The position numbers and the translations under genes are program-made. From Kofleriaceae bacterium (GTDB taxonomy: Bacteria; Myxococcota_A; Polyangia; Haliangiales; Haliangiaceae), in contig JBKJLC010000301.1 in assembly GCA_046597055.1 (NCBI GenBank), forward strand, positions 1 through 64,000: a stretch of 64,000 nt of DNA, written 5' to 3'. Shown one piece after another: positions 11,323 to 21,029 of the stretch; the first letter of the stretch is position 1; every line of letters begins with the position of its first letter. Below the pieces are notes generated by a model. The model was given only the letters and a program-made list of their open reading frames with translations, searched no databases and was not told the DNA's origin.

Positions 11323-12308
11323 CCGCCGCCCCGCGCCTCGACGACGATCCGGTCACGCGCTTCCGCGCCCACTTCCTCGCGCTGCGTCACGCGCTCGAGG
11401 ACGTCGTGATCGGCCGCGCTGACACCATCCACGGGGTCCTCACCGCGCTGATCGCCGGCGGCCATGTCCTGCTCGAGGGCCCGCCCGGCACCGGCAAGAC
11501 GCTGCTCTGCAAGGCGGTCGCGAAGGTGGTCGGCCTCGACTTCGCCCGCATCCAGTTCACGCCCGACCTGCTGCCCGCCGACATCCTGGGCGGGCCCACG
11601 CTCCGTCGCGGCCCCGGTGGCATCGAGGAGCTGCACTTCCGACCAGGCCCGGTGTTCGCGAACCTGGTGCTCGCCGACGAGCTCAACCGCGCGAGCCCGC
11701 GCACCCAGGCCGCGCTGCTCGAGGTGATGGAGGAGCGCCAGGTCACGACGCCCGAGGGGACCCGCCCGCTGGCCGAGCCGTTCGTCGTGCTCGCGACCCA
11801 GAACCCGTTCGATCAGGGCACCTACCCGCTGCCCGAGTCGCAGCTCGACCGCTTCTTGCTACGGCTCACGGTGGCCGGGCCCAGCGAGGACGAGCTGGTG
11901 CGCATTCTCGAGGCCGATCCGCACGCGGCCCTGCGCGCGGCGCGGCCGGCGATCGATCGCGAGGCGCTGCTCGAGCTGCGCCGCATCGCCGCGCAGGCGG
12001 TGGTCGCCCCCGAGATCACCACGTTCGTCGCGCGCGCGGTCCGCGCCACCGATCCGACCGGCGACACCGCGCCGCCGTCGGTGCGTCGGGCCGTGCGGGG
12101 TGGCGTATCAGCCCGCGCCGCGCGGGCCCTGCTCGCGGCCGCGCGGGTACGGGCGCTCGCCGCCGGGCGCGCCCACGTGTCGCGCGACGACGTGCGCGCC
12201 CTCGCCCATCCGGTGTTCGAGCACCGGCTGCTGCTCGACTGGGCAGCCGAGGCCGACGGGGTGTCGCGGGTGGCGCTGGTCGACGACGTGCTCGCGGCCG
12301 CGTCGTGA
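11319..12308 (+). CDS. moxR: MoxR family AAA+ ATPase
   Basis: HVLLEGPPGTGKT, RIQFTPDLLPADILG, LADELNRASPRTQAALLEVMEE, ATQNP, YPLPESQLDRF. Confidence 0.96.
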   Translation: MTAAPRLDDDPVTRFRAHFLALRHALEDVVIGRADTIHGVLTALIAGGHVLLEGPPGTGKTLLCKAVAKVVGLDFARIQFTPDLLPADILGGPTLRRGPGGIEELHFRPGPVFANLVLADELNRASPRTQAALLEVMEERQVTTPEGTRPLAEPFVVLATQNPFDQGTYPLPESQLDRFLLRLTVAGPSEDELVRILEADPHAALRAARPAIDREALLELRRIAAQAVVAPEITTFVARAVRATDPTGDTAPPSVRRAVRGGVSARAARALLAAARVRALAAGRAHVSRDDVRALAHPVFEHRLLLDWAAEADGVSRVALVDDVLAAAS

Positions 12309-13189
12309 CCACGGCGGTCGGGGGCGCCGGGCTCGACCCGCTGCTCGCGGGCGACGAGCTGCGCGAGCTGGCGGCGCTCGCGAGCCGCGTGCGCGGTCGC
12401 GCCGGCGAGGCCGCCGGCACCTCGGCCACCGCGCGGCTCGGCCGCGGCTTCGAGCTCCACGGCCACGATCCCTACCGCCCCGGCGACGATGCCCGCGCGA
12501 TCGACTGGCGCGCCCGGCTGCGCACCGGCCAGCTGTGGGTGCGGCGCCACCGCGCCGAGGGTGATGGCGGCGTCCGCATCGTCATCGACGACTCGGCCTC
12601 GATGACCGGGCCCAAGCGCCGGCTGGCCGCGCGGGTGGCCGCCGCGCTCGCGGTGGTGGCCGGCGCGGCCGCGCTGCCGGTCGCGATCGATGGCCTGGCC
12701 GCCGCCGGGCGCGGCGGCGCCGATCGCGCGCGGCTCGATCCACGCGCCGCCGGCCGCGCGCTGGCGCGCCTGGGCGGGCTCGGCGATCGCGGGCGGATCG
12801 CGCTCGAGCCCTCGCTCGAGCGCGCGCGCCGCGCGGTCCGCGCCGACGAGCAGGTGGTGCTGATCTCCGATCTCGCGGATCCCGCGCCGGTCGAGGAGCT
12901 GGCCGCGGCGATCGCCCGGCTGGCCCGTCGGGTCGCCTGCGTCCACGTCATCGACGCGCGCGACGCCGAGCTCGACGCCGACGTCGACGAGCTGCGCTGC
13001 GCCGAGCGCGGCGAGCGGCGCCGGATCGACGACCTCGCCGCCAGCCAGTTCGCGGCCCACGTCCGCGCCTGGCATCACGACCTCGCGGCGGCGGTGCGCC
13101 ATCGTGGCGTGCCGCTGGTGGTCGCCGACGCGGCCAGTCCGCCGCGGCTGGTCGACGCCGCCGGTCCGCTGGTGGCCACGTGGAGGTAG
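12305..13189 (+). CDS. DUF58 domain protein
   Basis: GFELHGHDPYRPGDDARAIDWR, IDDSASM, VLISD; follows moxR. Confidence 0.9.
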   Translation: MTTAVGGAGLDPLLAGDELRELAALASRVRGRAGEAAGTSATARLGRGFELHGHDPYRPGDDARAIDWRARLRTGQLWVRRHRAEGDGGVRIVIDDSASMTGPKRRLAARVAAALAVVAGAAALPVAIDGLAAAGRGGADRARLDPRAAGRALARLGGLGDRGRIALEPSLERARRAVRADEQVVLISDLADPAPVEELAAAIARLARRVACVHVIDARDAELDADVDELRCAERGERRRIDDLAASQFAAHVRAWHHDLAAAVRHRGVPLVVADAASPPRLVDAAGPLVATWR

Positions 13190-16100
13190 CGACCCCGCTC
13201 GCCCTGCTGCTCGGGCTGGCGGTGGTGCCGGCGCTGTGGCTGGCGCGGCGCGCGTCCGGACGCGCGGTGGTGCATCCGCTGTGGTTCCTCGCCGCGCCCG
13301 GCCCCGCGGCCCGCGCGCGCCGGGGCGTCAGTCGGCGCGCGCGCCTGCTGCTGGTCGTGGCGATCGCGCTGCTCGCGGCGGCCGCGGCCGGGCCCGCGCT
13401 GGTCGATCGTGGCGGCGCCCGCGTCCTGATCGTCGACCTGTCGGCGACCCGCGCGCTCGACCTCGCCGCGGTCCGCACCCGGCTGGCCGGGTTCGACGAC
13501 GCCGTCCTGGTCACGCCCGGTCGCGGGCCCCGGCGACTGGCAGCCCGCGACGCCCTCGCCGCGCTGGTCCCGTCGAACCAGACGATCGATGCGGCCGCGC
13601 TGGCCGCCGCGGTCGAGCTCGCGCTGCCCGGCGCGCGCGCGATCGAGATCGCGGCCGCACCGGCGCCGGGCGACAACGCCGGGATCCGGGCCGCCCGCTT
13701 CCATCGCGATCCGCTGGCGTCGCGCCGCGGGCGGATCGTGGTCGAGCTCGTGCTGACCGGGTCCGCCCCGGTCCCGGCCGCGGTGGTCGCGCGCGCCGGC
13801 GCCTCCGTCCGCGCTCGCGCGGTTCCGGTCCGGGCCGGCGACCAGGCGATCGCGGTCCTTCCTTATAGTGGCGACGGCGGCGAGGTCCTGGCCCTCGTGC
13901 TGGAGCCATCCGGCACCGATCCCCTGGCGGTCGACGATGTCGCATCCGTCCCCATTCCCCCGCTCGCGCCGGCGGCGGTGTGGGTCGATCCCACACTCGA
14001 GGGCAGCGCGGTGGCGCGGGTGCTCGCGGTGCTCCCGACGGTGGAGCGGATCACGGCGCCGCGCGCCGACGCGATCGCGGTCGTCGCGTCCACGGCCTGG
14101 CCGGGTCCGGCACGAGCCCGGCTGGTCCTGGGCGCGCCGCCCCCGACCGCACCGCTCGAGCCGCTCCTCGCGGTGGCGGGCGCGCCCCTGCCCGGCGCGA
14201 CGCCGGCGCTGCTGGCGGCCGTGCCCCCGGTCGCGGTCGACAAACTCGCCGGCGCCCGGATCGATCCGTCGCAGGTCTGGCTGCGGGCCGGACCGCACGC
14301 GGCGCTGTGGTACGAGCCGGCCGCCCACGCGCCCGCGCTGCGCCTGGTCGCCGCGCTCGATGGCGCGGTGCTGCCCGTGGTGCTCGCCGATGCCTTCGCC
14401 GCCCCGCCGCTCGCGATCGCCGCCGCGCCGGCCACCGTCGCCGATGTTCGCGCCCCGCCGCCAGCCCCCCCGGTGCCCGCCGGCGAGCGCGGCCGTCGCG
14501 ACGGCTGGCCGACGCGGGCCCTGCTGATCGCCGCCGCGGCGCTGATCGCGCTCGAGACGATCGCCGGCCGCACCCGCGGCGCCAGCTTGCTCGCCCGGCT
14601 CGCCCTGATCGCCGGCCTCGCGCTGCTGGTCGGGCGCGCGTTCGCGGCGCCGGCGCCGCGCGTGGTGTTCGTGCTCGACGTCTCCGCGAGCGTCGCGCCG
14701 GCCGCGACCGCCGCGCGCGCGGAGCTGGCACGCCGCGCGCGCGTGCTGCCCGCCGGTGCGCGCGCCGCGCTGGTCGTGGTCGCGGACGGCGCCCGACTCG
14801 CGGTGCCGCTCGGGTCGCCGGCGGCGATCATCGCGTGGACCCGCCGGGCCGGGGCCGACCCCGCCACCCTCGGCGTCGATCCCGCGCGCACCGATCTCGG
14901 CGCCGGGCTGACCCAGGCCGGGGCCGCGCTCGGCGCGCCCGGCGGCGCGATCGTGCTGATCGGCGATGGTCGCGACTCGGTCCGCGGCGCTGCGGCCGTG
15001 CGCGAAGCCCCGGCGCTGATCGGCCGCGGCTTCGCCCTCGCCGGGATCGAGACCGGCGATCGGGTCCGGGTCGAGGTCCCGGCCGGCGCGCTGCGGGCGG
15101 CGCCCGGGCGCGCCTTCGCGCTCCCGATCATCCTCGAGGCGCGGGTCGCGACCGTCGTCGACGTGGTGATCGCGCATCGCGGGCGCCCGATCGCCCGCCG
15201 GTCGCTCGCGGTCGCCGCCGGCCGCACCGCGGCCTCGGTGGCGACGGTGCTGGCCGACGAGGGCCCCGCCGAGCTCGACGTCACGGTCACCGCGGCCGAC
15301 GATCCGGTCGACGCCACCGATCGCGCCCGAATCCAGGTCGAGGTCGGCGGCACCGCGCGCGTGCTCCGCATCGACGCGACCGGCGCGGCCGCGCTCGCCC
15401 CGGCCGCGCTGGCCGGGATCGACGCGCTGGTGCTCGACGACGTCCCCGGCGCCGCGCTGGCCGCCGACGCGATCGCGACCGTCGACCGGTTCGTGCGGGA
15501 CGGCGGCACCCTGCTGTGGGCGGCGGGCCCGGGGGTGGCTCGCGGCGGCGCCGGCGGATTGGCCGCCCTGCTGCCGCTGCAGAGCCGCGCCGATGATCCA
15601 GTTGCGCTGATGCTCCTGGTCGATCGCTCGGGGTCGATCGATGCCGCGGGGCTGCGGGCGCCGGTGCCGGGCCCGGCCGAGCTCGCGGCCGCCGCCGCCG
15701 CGCTGGGCCCGGGGGATCGCTTCGGCGCGATCGCGTTCGACGTCGCGGCGATCGACTGGCTCGCGCTCGGCCCCGCGCACGACCGGCGCCAGGTCCCCGC
15801 GCTGCCGCCCGCGGGCGGCGGCACCGACCCGACCGCCGCCCTGCTGCGCGCGGGTCACCTCCTCGCGGCGGTACCGCCGGGAGCGCGCCGGGTCGTGGTG
15901 CTGGTCAGCGATGGCGGCTTCGTGGCCGCGGTCGGCTCGGCCACCGAGGCCGCCGCGGCGCTCGCCGCCCGCGCGATCCGGGTCGAGGTGATCGCGCTCG
16001 ACCCACCTGGCCCCGCCGAGGTCGCGACGCTGGCCGCGGTGGCGACCGCCGGTGGCGGCCGCGTCCACGACCTCGCCGCCGGCCTCGCCGCGGCGCTGCC

Positions 16101-16866
16101 CGCGGTCCGCACCGTCGCGCCCCCGCCCGACGTCGCCGCGACCGCCCGCGCGCGTCCGGCGTGGGCGACCCTGCTCGGCCCGGTGCCGCCCGCGCTCGCC
16201 GCCGGCGCACCGGTGGCCGCCCACGTCGCGCTCCAGCCGACGGCCGACGCGGCCGTGCTCGCCGACGCCGGTGGCGATCCGCTGCTCGCGGTCCGCGCCC
16301 ACGGCGCGGGGCGGGTCCTGGCGTGGACGACCGACCTGCGGGGTGAATGGATCGATCGTTCGGTGGCGACCGCGGTCATCGCGAGCCTGGCGCGGCCGAC
16401 CCGGCCGGAGCTCGATGCGATCGCCGGTCCCGTGCCCGGGACGGTCATCGTCACTGCGAGTGGCCTTGACGACGCCGTGCCCCGGCGGGTTCAGCTCGAG
16501 CTCGAGCGCGGGCCGGTGCGGGAAGCGATGTTGATCCCCGAAGCGGCCGGCATCTTCTGCACGCTCCTGGCCAACCTTCCGGAGGGACGCCACACGCTGT
16601 CGGTGTCCGGACGTCGGACACCGCTCCTGGTCGCGGATCGCGAGCACGCCGGCCTCGGTATCGATGGGGAGGTCGCCGCGCTCGCTCGTCCCGGACCACC
16701 ACCGCCCGACGACCGCGCGACGCGCTGGCTCGTGCTGCTCGGCGCGCTCGCGATCATGTGGGTGATGTCGTTACTGTTTCACTACCCGTCGAGCTACCCG
16801 TCGCGCGACTTGCAAAGGCATCGACGGCCGGGGCAGAGTAGCGGCGGGGATCAGACAGTCGTCTGA
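13180..16866 (+). CDS. BatA-like/VWA multidomain membrane protein
   Basis: N-terminal double TM, MIDAS motifs VLDVSAS and VDRSGS, IVLIGDG/VLVSDG, GATase-like LVLDDVP...FVRDGGTLL, GAGRVLAWTTD, C-terminal TM. Confidence 0.85.
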   Translation: MEVATPLALLLGLAVVPALWLARRASGRAVVHPLWFLAAPGPAARARRGVSRRARLLLVVAIALLAAAAAGPALVDRGGARVLIVDLSATRALDLAAVRTRLAGFDDAVLVTPGRGPRRLAARDALAALVPSNQTIDAAALAAAVELALPGARAIEIAAAPAPGDNAGIRAARFHRDPLASRRGRIVVELVLTGSAPVPAAVVARAGASVRARAVPVRAGDQAIAVLPYSGDGGEVLALVLEPSGTDPLAVDDVASVPIPPLAPAAVWVDPTLEGSAVARVLAVLPTVERITAPRADAIAVVASTAWPGPARARLVLGAPPPTAPLEPLLAVAGAPLPGATPALLAAVPPVAVDKLAGARIDPSQVWLRAGPHAALWYEPAAHAPALRLVAALDGAVLPVVLADAFAAPPLAIAAAPATVADVRAPPPAPPVPAGERGRRDGWPTRALLIAAAALIALETIAGRTRGASLLARLALIAGLALLVGRAFAAPAPRVVFVLDVSASVAPAATAARAELARRARVLPAGARAALVVVADGARLAVPLGSPAAIIAWTRRAGADPATLGVDPARTDLGAGLTQAGAALGAPGGAIVLIGDGRDSVRGAAAVREAPALIGRGFALAGIETGDRVRVEVPAGALRAAPGRAFALPIILEARVATVVDVVIAHRGRPIARRSLAVAAGRTAASVATVLADEGPAELDVTVTAADDPVDATDRARIQVEVGGTARVLRIDATGAAALAPAALAGIDALVLDDVPGAALAADAIATVDRFVRDGGTLLWAAGPGVARGGAGGLAALLPLQSRADDPVALMLLVDRSGSIDAAGLRAPVPGPAELAAAAAALGPGDRFGAIAFDVAAIDWLALGPAHDRRQVPALPPAGGGTDPTAALLRAGHLLAAVPPGARRVVVLVSDGGFVAAVGSATEAAAALAARAIRVEVIALDPPGPAEVATLAAVATAGGGRVHDLAAGLAAALPAVRTVAPPPDVAATARARPAWATLLGPVPPALAAGAPVAAHVALQPTADAAVLADAGGDPLLAVRAHGAGRVLAWTTDLRGEWIDRSVATAVIASLARPTRPELDAIAGPVPGTVIVTASGLDDAVPRRVQLELERGPVREAMLIPEAAGIFCTLLANLPEGRHTLSVSGRRTPLLVADREHAGLGIDGEVAALARPGPPPPDDRATRWLVLLGALAIMWVMSLLFHYPSSYPSRDLQRHRRPGQSSGGDQTVV

Positions 16867-16876
16867 TCTCTATAAC
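16849..16876 (+). promoter_or_regulatory. Palindrome next to a -10-like hexamer upstream of the surface-protein gene
   Basis: GATCAGAC-AGTC-GTCTGATC followed by TATAAC; GGGGAGG RBS ~15 nt further on. Confidence 0.4.
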
Positions 16877-16904
16877 TTCGTCATCACCACCAGGGGAGGT
16901 CGTG

Positions 16905-19900
16905 ATGTCCTCGTCTCGCCGTACTGCGTCTATTCATCGGCTCGGGCGCCTCGCACTCGGGGCGTTCGCCACACTGGCCATCTTCTCTGTCGGCAACGCC
17001 GCGGAGGCGCAGGCCGTGCTGCGCGTGGTCCCGGTGCCGTGGGTCGCCACCGACCCCACCATTCCCCACCAGGCCTACAACGGCCACGCCACGACGCTCA
17101 AGGCGATCGCGCGCGGTGGCAACGGCTCCTACTCGGTCGAGTGGGATCCCGAGGGTGACGGCACCTACCTCCCGGCGGTGGTGCGGACCAACCGCTACGA
17201 CCTGTCGATGCGGTTCGACTACCCGGCCCAGGCGGTGACCGCGACGTTCCAGGCCCGCATCCGCGTGACCTCCGGCGCGGAGACGGTGACAGCCATCTAT
17301 CCCGTCCGCGTGTTCGCTGACGTCCCGGCCGATCCGGCGCTCGCCACCGATCGGCAGTTGCAGGTCATGCGGTCGGTCGCGGTCGACGATGCGCTCTGGT
17401 ACCTGCACGTTCGCCTGGTTCGTGATGCGATCAGCGAGGAGAACCCGCTGACCGGCGCCCAGGCGAGGGCGTACCTGCCGAACGATTCCAGCGCCGGCTA
17501 TCAGGACGCCAACACGGCCGGTGCGCTTTGGTCATTCTCGTTGAATGGCCACTTCGCGGCCTTCCCCGCCGCGTACCTGGGCGAGTTTCCCAACCCAGCC
17601 GAGAACACGCAGCGCTGGGAGCAGGATCCGTACGCCGAGGACGCCATGCGCCTCGTCAACGAGCTGATGGTCCAGTTCTCGGTGCTCACCGGCATCACGG
17701 CCGCCGACGAGGCGAACCGGGTCGGCTTCTATCCAGAAGTCCAGGTCCAGCCGATCTTCGGCACCGATGACGGCATCGGCCTGTGGGTCGTCGACGCCGG
17801 CCACGACACGTACATCGTCGGCCACGTGCTGTCGGCCCTGTCGGTCGCCCGCCTGCAGGGCTACGTCGCCCAGGTCGGCGACCCGACCTACGTGCTCGGC
17901 CGCCGCTTCGAGTACATCAACCAGCAACTCGTCGACGGCGTGGTCCATGCCCAGGTCGACGCGGCCGGCACCTCGATCGGCTCGTGGGGCTACGTCCCGA
18001 ATCAGGCGGTCGCTGATAGCTCGACGTCGCTGTGGGGCATCACCGGGCTCTGGCACGCGGACGAGTTCGCGCGGGCGGCCGGTGTCATCGTCCCCAACGT
18101 CGCGCGCGCACGCGCGGCCGAGTTCCTGGCCTATTTCATGACGCCGGTCGCAGGCACGCGCTGCGTCGGCTATCGCAGCGGGAACACGTGCGGGTTCACG
18201 ACGACCTCCCTCTTCACGCTGACCACCGGCTGGCTGGGCGCAAACCAGTTCGCGGCGAACGACACCCGCCTGGCCTTCCCCAGCTACAACGCCATCACCC
18301 GCGGCACCCTGCGCACCCACCACGACCAGACGCTGGCCTTCATCAACCAGTTCTTCATGCCGGGGTTCAACGGCAGCATCGGCTGGAACCAGAGCTTCAT
18401 CACCGCTGCCGACCGCAGTTTCGCCAACCGCACCAACGACGGTAACCACTACGCGATGCTCCACTGGCAGGACGCGGCACGGGCGGTCGAGCCCGAGATC
18501 GAGACGTTCGGTACCAGCAACTGGGCCCGGCTCTTCTCGCAGTACATGATCAACAACCAGCGGTCCGACGGCCGCTGGCAGGCAACCAACCGCGACAACA
18601 TCAGCGATCAGCAAGGCTCGCAGACCCTGCAGACGGTGTGGGCCCTCCTGGTCCTGTCGCCCGACGCCATCCCGCCGCTGGCGATCGGTAACGCCAGCAT
18701 CACCGAGACCACCGAGGGCACCTCGATCCGCTTCGATGGCACCGCCAGCGATCCTGGCACCGGCAACCCGACCTATGTCTGGAGCTTCGGGAACGGCCAG
18801 ACCCGAGCCGGTCAGATCGTTGACTATGCATTCCCCGACAACGGCATCTACGCCGTGACGCTGACCTCGACCAGCGAAGGCGGCAGCTCGGTCGACACCA
18901 TCCAGGTGACGATCACCAACGTCGCACCGACCGCCGACGCCGGGGCTGACCTGGTTGCCAACGAAGGCAGCGCGGTCCCGCTCAACGTCACCTTCACCGA
19001 TCCCGGCACCGCCGATACCCACACCTTCGGATGGGTGTTCGGCGACCTGACCGCGGACGGCACCACCCAGGCTGCCAGCCACGCCTACGCCGACAACGGC
19101 ACGTACACGGCAGTGGCGACCGTGACCGACGACGACGGCGGCAGTGACACCGACGAGGTGTCCGTGGTCGTCAACAACGTGGCCCCCACGATCACGTCGA
19201 CGCCAGACACGATCGCGACCGAGGGCTCGCCCTACAGCTACACGCTGACCTACACCGACCCCGGCACCGCCGACACCCACGCGTGTACGGCGCCCACCGC
19301 CCCCGCCGGATCCATCCTGGTCGGGTGCACGCTCGAGTGGTCGCCCAACTTCTCGCAGGCGATCGGCTCGGCCGCCCCGGTGCGCATGTGCGTCACCGAC
19401 AACGACGGAGGCGAGGCCTGCCAGAGCTACACCATCACCGTCGGCTTCGTCGACGAGGACAACGATGGACTGCCCGACTCGTGGGAGATCGACAACTTCG
19501 GCAACATCACGGCGCAAGACCAGTTCCGCGACCCGGACGGCGACGGGATGAACAACCTGCAGGAGTTCACCAACGTCACCGACCCCAATTTCTATGACGG
19601 TCCCGCAGCCGCGACCGCCTCGGCGCCGACCTGCGGCGGCGAGATCGCCAGCCTGCAGACGTCGCTGGTAGCCAACAACGCGACCGACCCCCAGGGCACC
19701 GCCCTCCTCTACACGTTCGAGCTGTACAGCGACCTCGGCCTGACCATCCTGGTCGACTCCGAGCACGACATCGCGCAGGGCCCAGGGACCACCACCACGT
19801 GGGAGGTGCCGGTCAGCTTGCTCGAGAACACCCGCTACTACTGGCGCGTCCATGCCGAGGACCAGTTCGTGGCCGGCCCGTGGTCGGCCGCATGCAGCTT

Positions 19901-21029
19901 CTTCGTCAACACTGTCAACGAGGCGCCGGGCGTGCCGCGCATCAACAGCCCGGCGTTCGGCGGCCAGGTCGGCTCGTTCCGGCCCAACCTGGTCATCGAC
20001 AACGCGACCGATCCCGACCTGGACGTCCTGACCTACACGTTCGAGGTCTACCGCGATCCGGCCCTGTCCACGCTGGTCACCTCGCAGGCGGCCCGCCCGT
20101 CGGGCGCCGGCGCCACCACCACCTGGGCGGTGAACGCCGACCTCATGGAGGACCGGACCTACTACTGGCGCGCGCGGGCGACCGATCCCGACGCGCTGGC
20201 GGGTGACTGGAGCCAGACCGGCCAGTTCTTCGTGACCACCATGAACGCGCCGCCCGAGCCGCCGGCGCTGGTGTCGCCGCAGAACGGGACGGTCATGGCC
20301 GAGGTTCGCCCCGACCTGATCATCCTCAACGCCGACGACTCCGACCTCGATCCGCTGGTCTACGACTGGCAGCTCGCCACCGATGACACCTTCGCGACCA
20401 TCGTCGCGAGCGGCGCCGACCAATCGCCGCAGGGCACGGTCAACACGCACTTCGACCTGATCGCCGACCTGGTCGAGGACACCCGTTACTGCTGGCGCGC
20501 GCGCTCTGACGACGGTGAGGCGCAGAGCGCCTACGCCACCGCCTGCTTCCTGGTCTCGGAGGTGAACAACGCGCCGAGCGTGCCGACCCTGAACAACCCG
20601 AGCGACAACGGCGAGGTGATCACGACGACCCCGGTCTACTCGTGGGCGCCGTCGACCGACCCCGAGGGTGAGAACATCAGCTACGAGATCGAGGTGCGTC
20701 AGAACACGACCGTGGTGGCGATGGTCACCGGGGTCAGCGGCACGGTCACCTCGATGACCGGTGAGCTCGAGAACGGCGGGCGCTACACGTGGCGCGCACG
20801 GGCGGTCGATCGCTCGGGCGGCATGAGCGAGTTCTCGGCGGACAACGCGTTCACGGTCGATGCGCCGATCGACGACCCCGAGGTCGTGGTCAACGGCGGT
20901 GGCTGCCAGGCCGCCGACGGCTCGGACGCCGGCAGCCTGGGCCTGCTCGCCCTCGGCCTGCTCGGGCTGATGTGGCGCCGTCGCGAGTCCCTCATGACGC
21001 GCCGCACGGCGCTGTCGAACCGCCGCTAG
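16905..21029 (+). CDS. Large secreted surface protein: alpha/alpha-toroid-like domain, 2 PKD, Ig-like, Ca-binding DxDxDG motif, 4 Ig/Fn3-like repeats, MYXO-CTERM-like tail
   Basis: Signal peptide (AEA-QA); SWGY...DSSTSLW and NQRSDGRW; PKD WSFGNG/WVFGD; four YYWRARA-type repeats; GGGCQAA...LLALGLLGLMWRRR. Confidence 0.9.
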   Translation: MSSSRRTASIHRLGRLALGAFATLAIFSVGNAAEAQAVLRVVPVPWVATDPTIPHQAYNGHATTLKAIARGGNGSYSVEWDPEGDGTYLPAVVRTNRYDLSMRFDYPAQAVTATFQARIRVTSGAETVTAIYPVRVFADVPADPALATDRQLQVMRSVAVDDALWYLHVRLVRDAISEENPLTGAQARAYLPNDSSAGYQDANTAGALWSFSLNGHFAAFPAAYLGEFPNPAENTQRWEQDPYAEDAMRLVNELMVQFSVLTGITAADEANRVGFYPEVQVQPIFGTDDGIGLWVVDAGHDTYIVGHVLSALSVARLQGYVAQVGDPTYVLGRRFEYINQQLVDGVVHAQVDAAGTSIGSWGYVPNQAVADSSTSLWGITGLWHADEFARAAGVIVPNVARARAAEFLAYFMTPVAGTRCVGYRSGNTCGFTTTSLFTLTTGWLGANQFAANDTRLAFPSYNAITRGTLRTHHDQTLAFINQFFMPGFNGSIGWNQSFITAADRSFANRTNDGNHYAMLHWQDAARAVEPEIETFGTSNWARLFSQYMINNQRSDGRWQATNRDNISDQQGSQTLQTVWALLVLSPDAIPPLAIGNASITETTEGTSIRFDGTASDPGTGNPTYVWSFGNGQTRAGQIVDYAFPDNGIYAVTLTSTSEGGSSVDTIQVTITNVAPTADAGADLVANEGSAVPLNVTFTDPGTADTHTFGWVFGDLTADGTTQAASHAYADNGTYTAVATVTDDDGGSDTDEVSVVVNNVAPTITSTPDTIATEGSPYSYTLTYTDPGTADTHACTAPTAPAGSILVGCTLEWSPNFSQAIGSAAPVRMCVTDNDGGEACQSYTITVGFVDEDNDGLPDSWEIDNFGNITAQDQFRDPDGDGMNNLQEFTNVTDPNFYDGPAAATASAPTCGGEIASLQTSLVANNATDPQGTALLYTFELYSDLGLTILVDSEHDIAQGPGTTTTWEVPVSLLENTRYYWRVHAEDQFVAGPWSAACSFFVNTVNEAPGVPRINSPAFGGQVGSFRPNLVIDNATDPDLDVLTYTFEVYRDPALSTLVTSQAARPSGAGATTTWAVNADLMEDRTYYWRARATDPDALAGDWSQTGQFFVTTMNAPPEPPALVSPQNGTVMAEVRPDLIILNADDSDLDPLVYDWQLATDDTFATIVASGADQSPQGTVNTHFDLIADLVEDTRYCWRARSDDGEAQSAYATACFLVSEVNNAPSVPTLNNPSDNGEVITTTPVYSWAPSTDPEGENISYEIEVRQNTTVVAMVTGVSGTVTSMTGELENGGRYTWRARAVDRSGGMSEFSADNAFTVDAPIDDPEVVVNGGGCQAADGSDAGSLGLLALGLLGLMWRRRESLMTRRTALSNRR

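Noticed and set aside
9982..11422. GSGSG (- strand) and LPLPMP (+ strand) readings of the microsatellite
   Set aside because: Only the poly-Ala frame has TM segments, a plausible C-terminal motif and a coupled overlap with moxR
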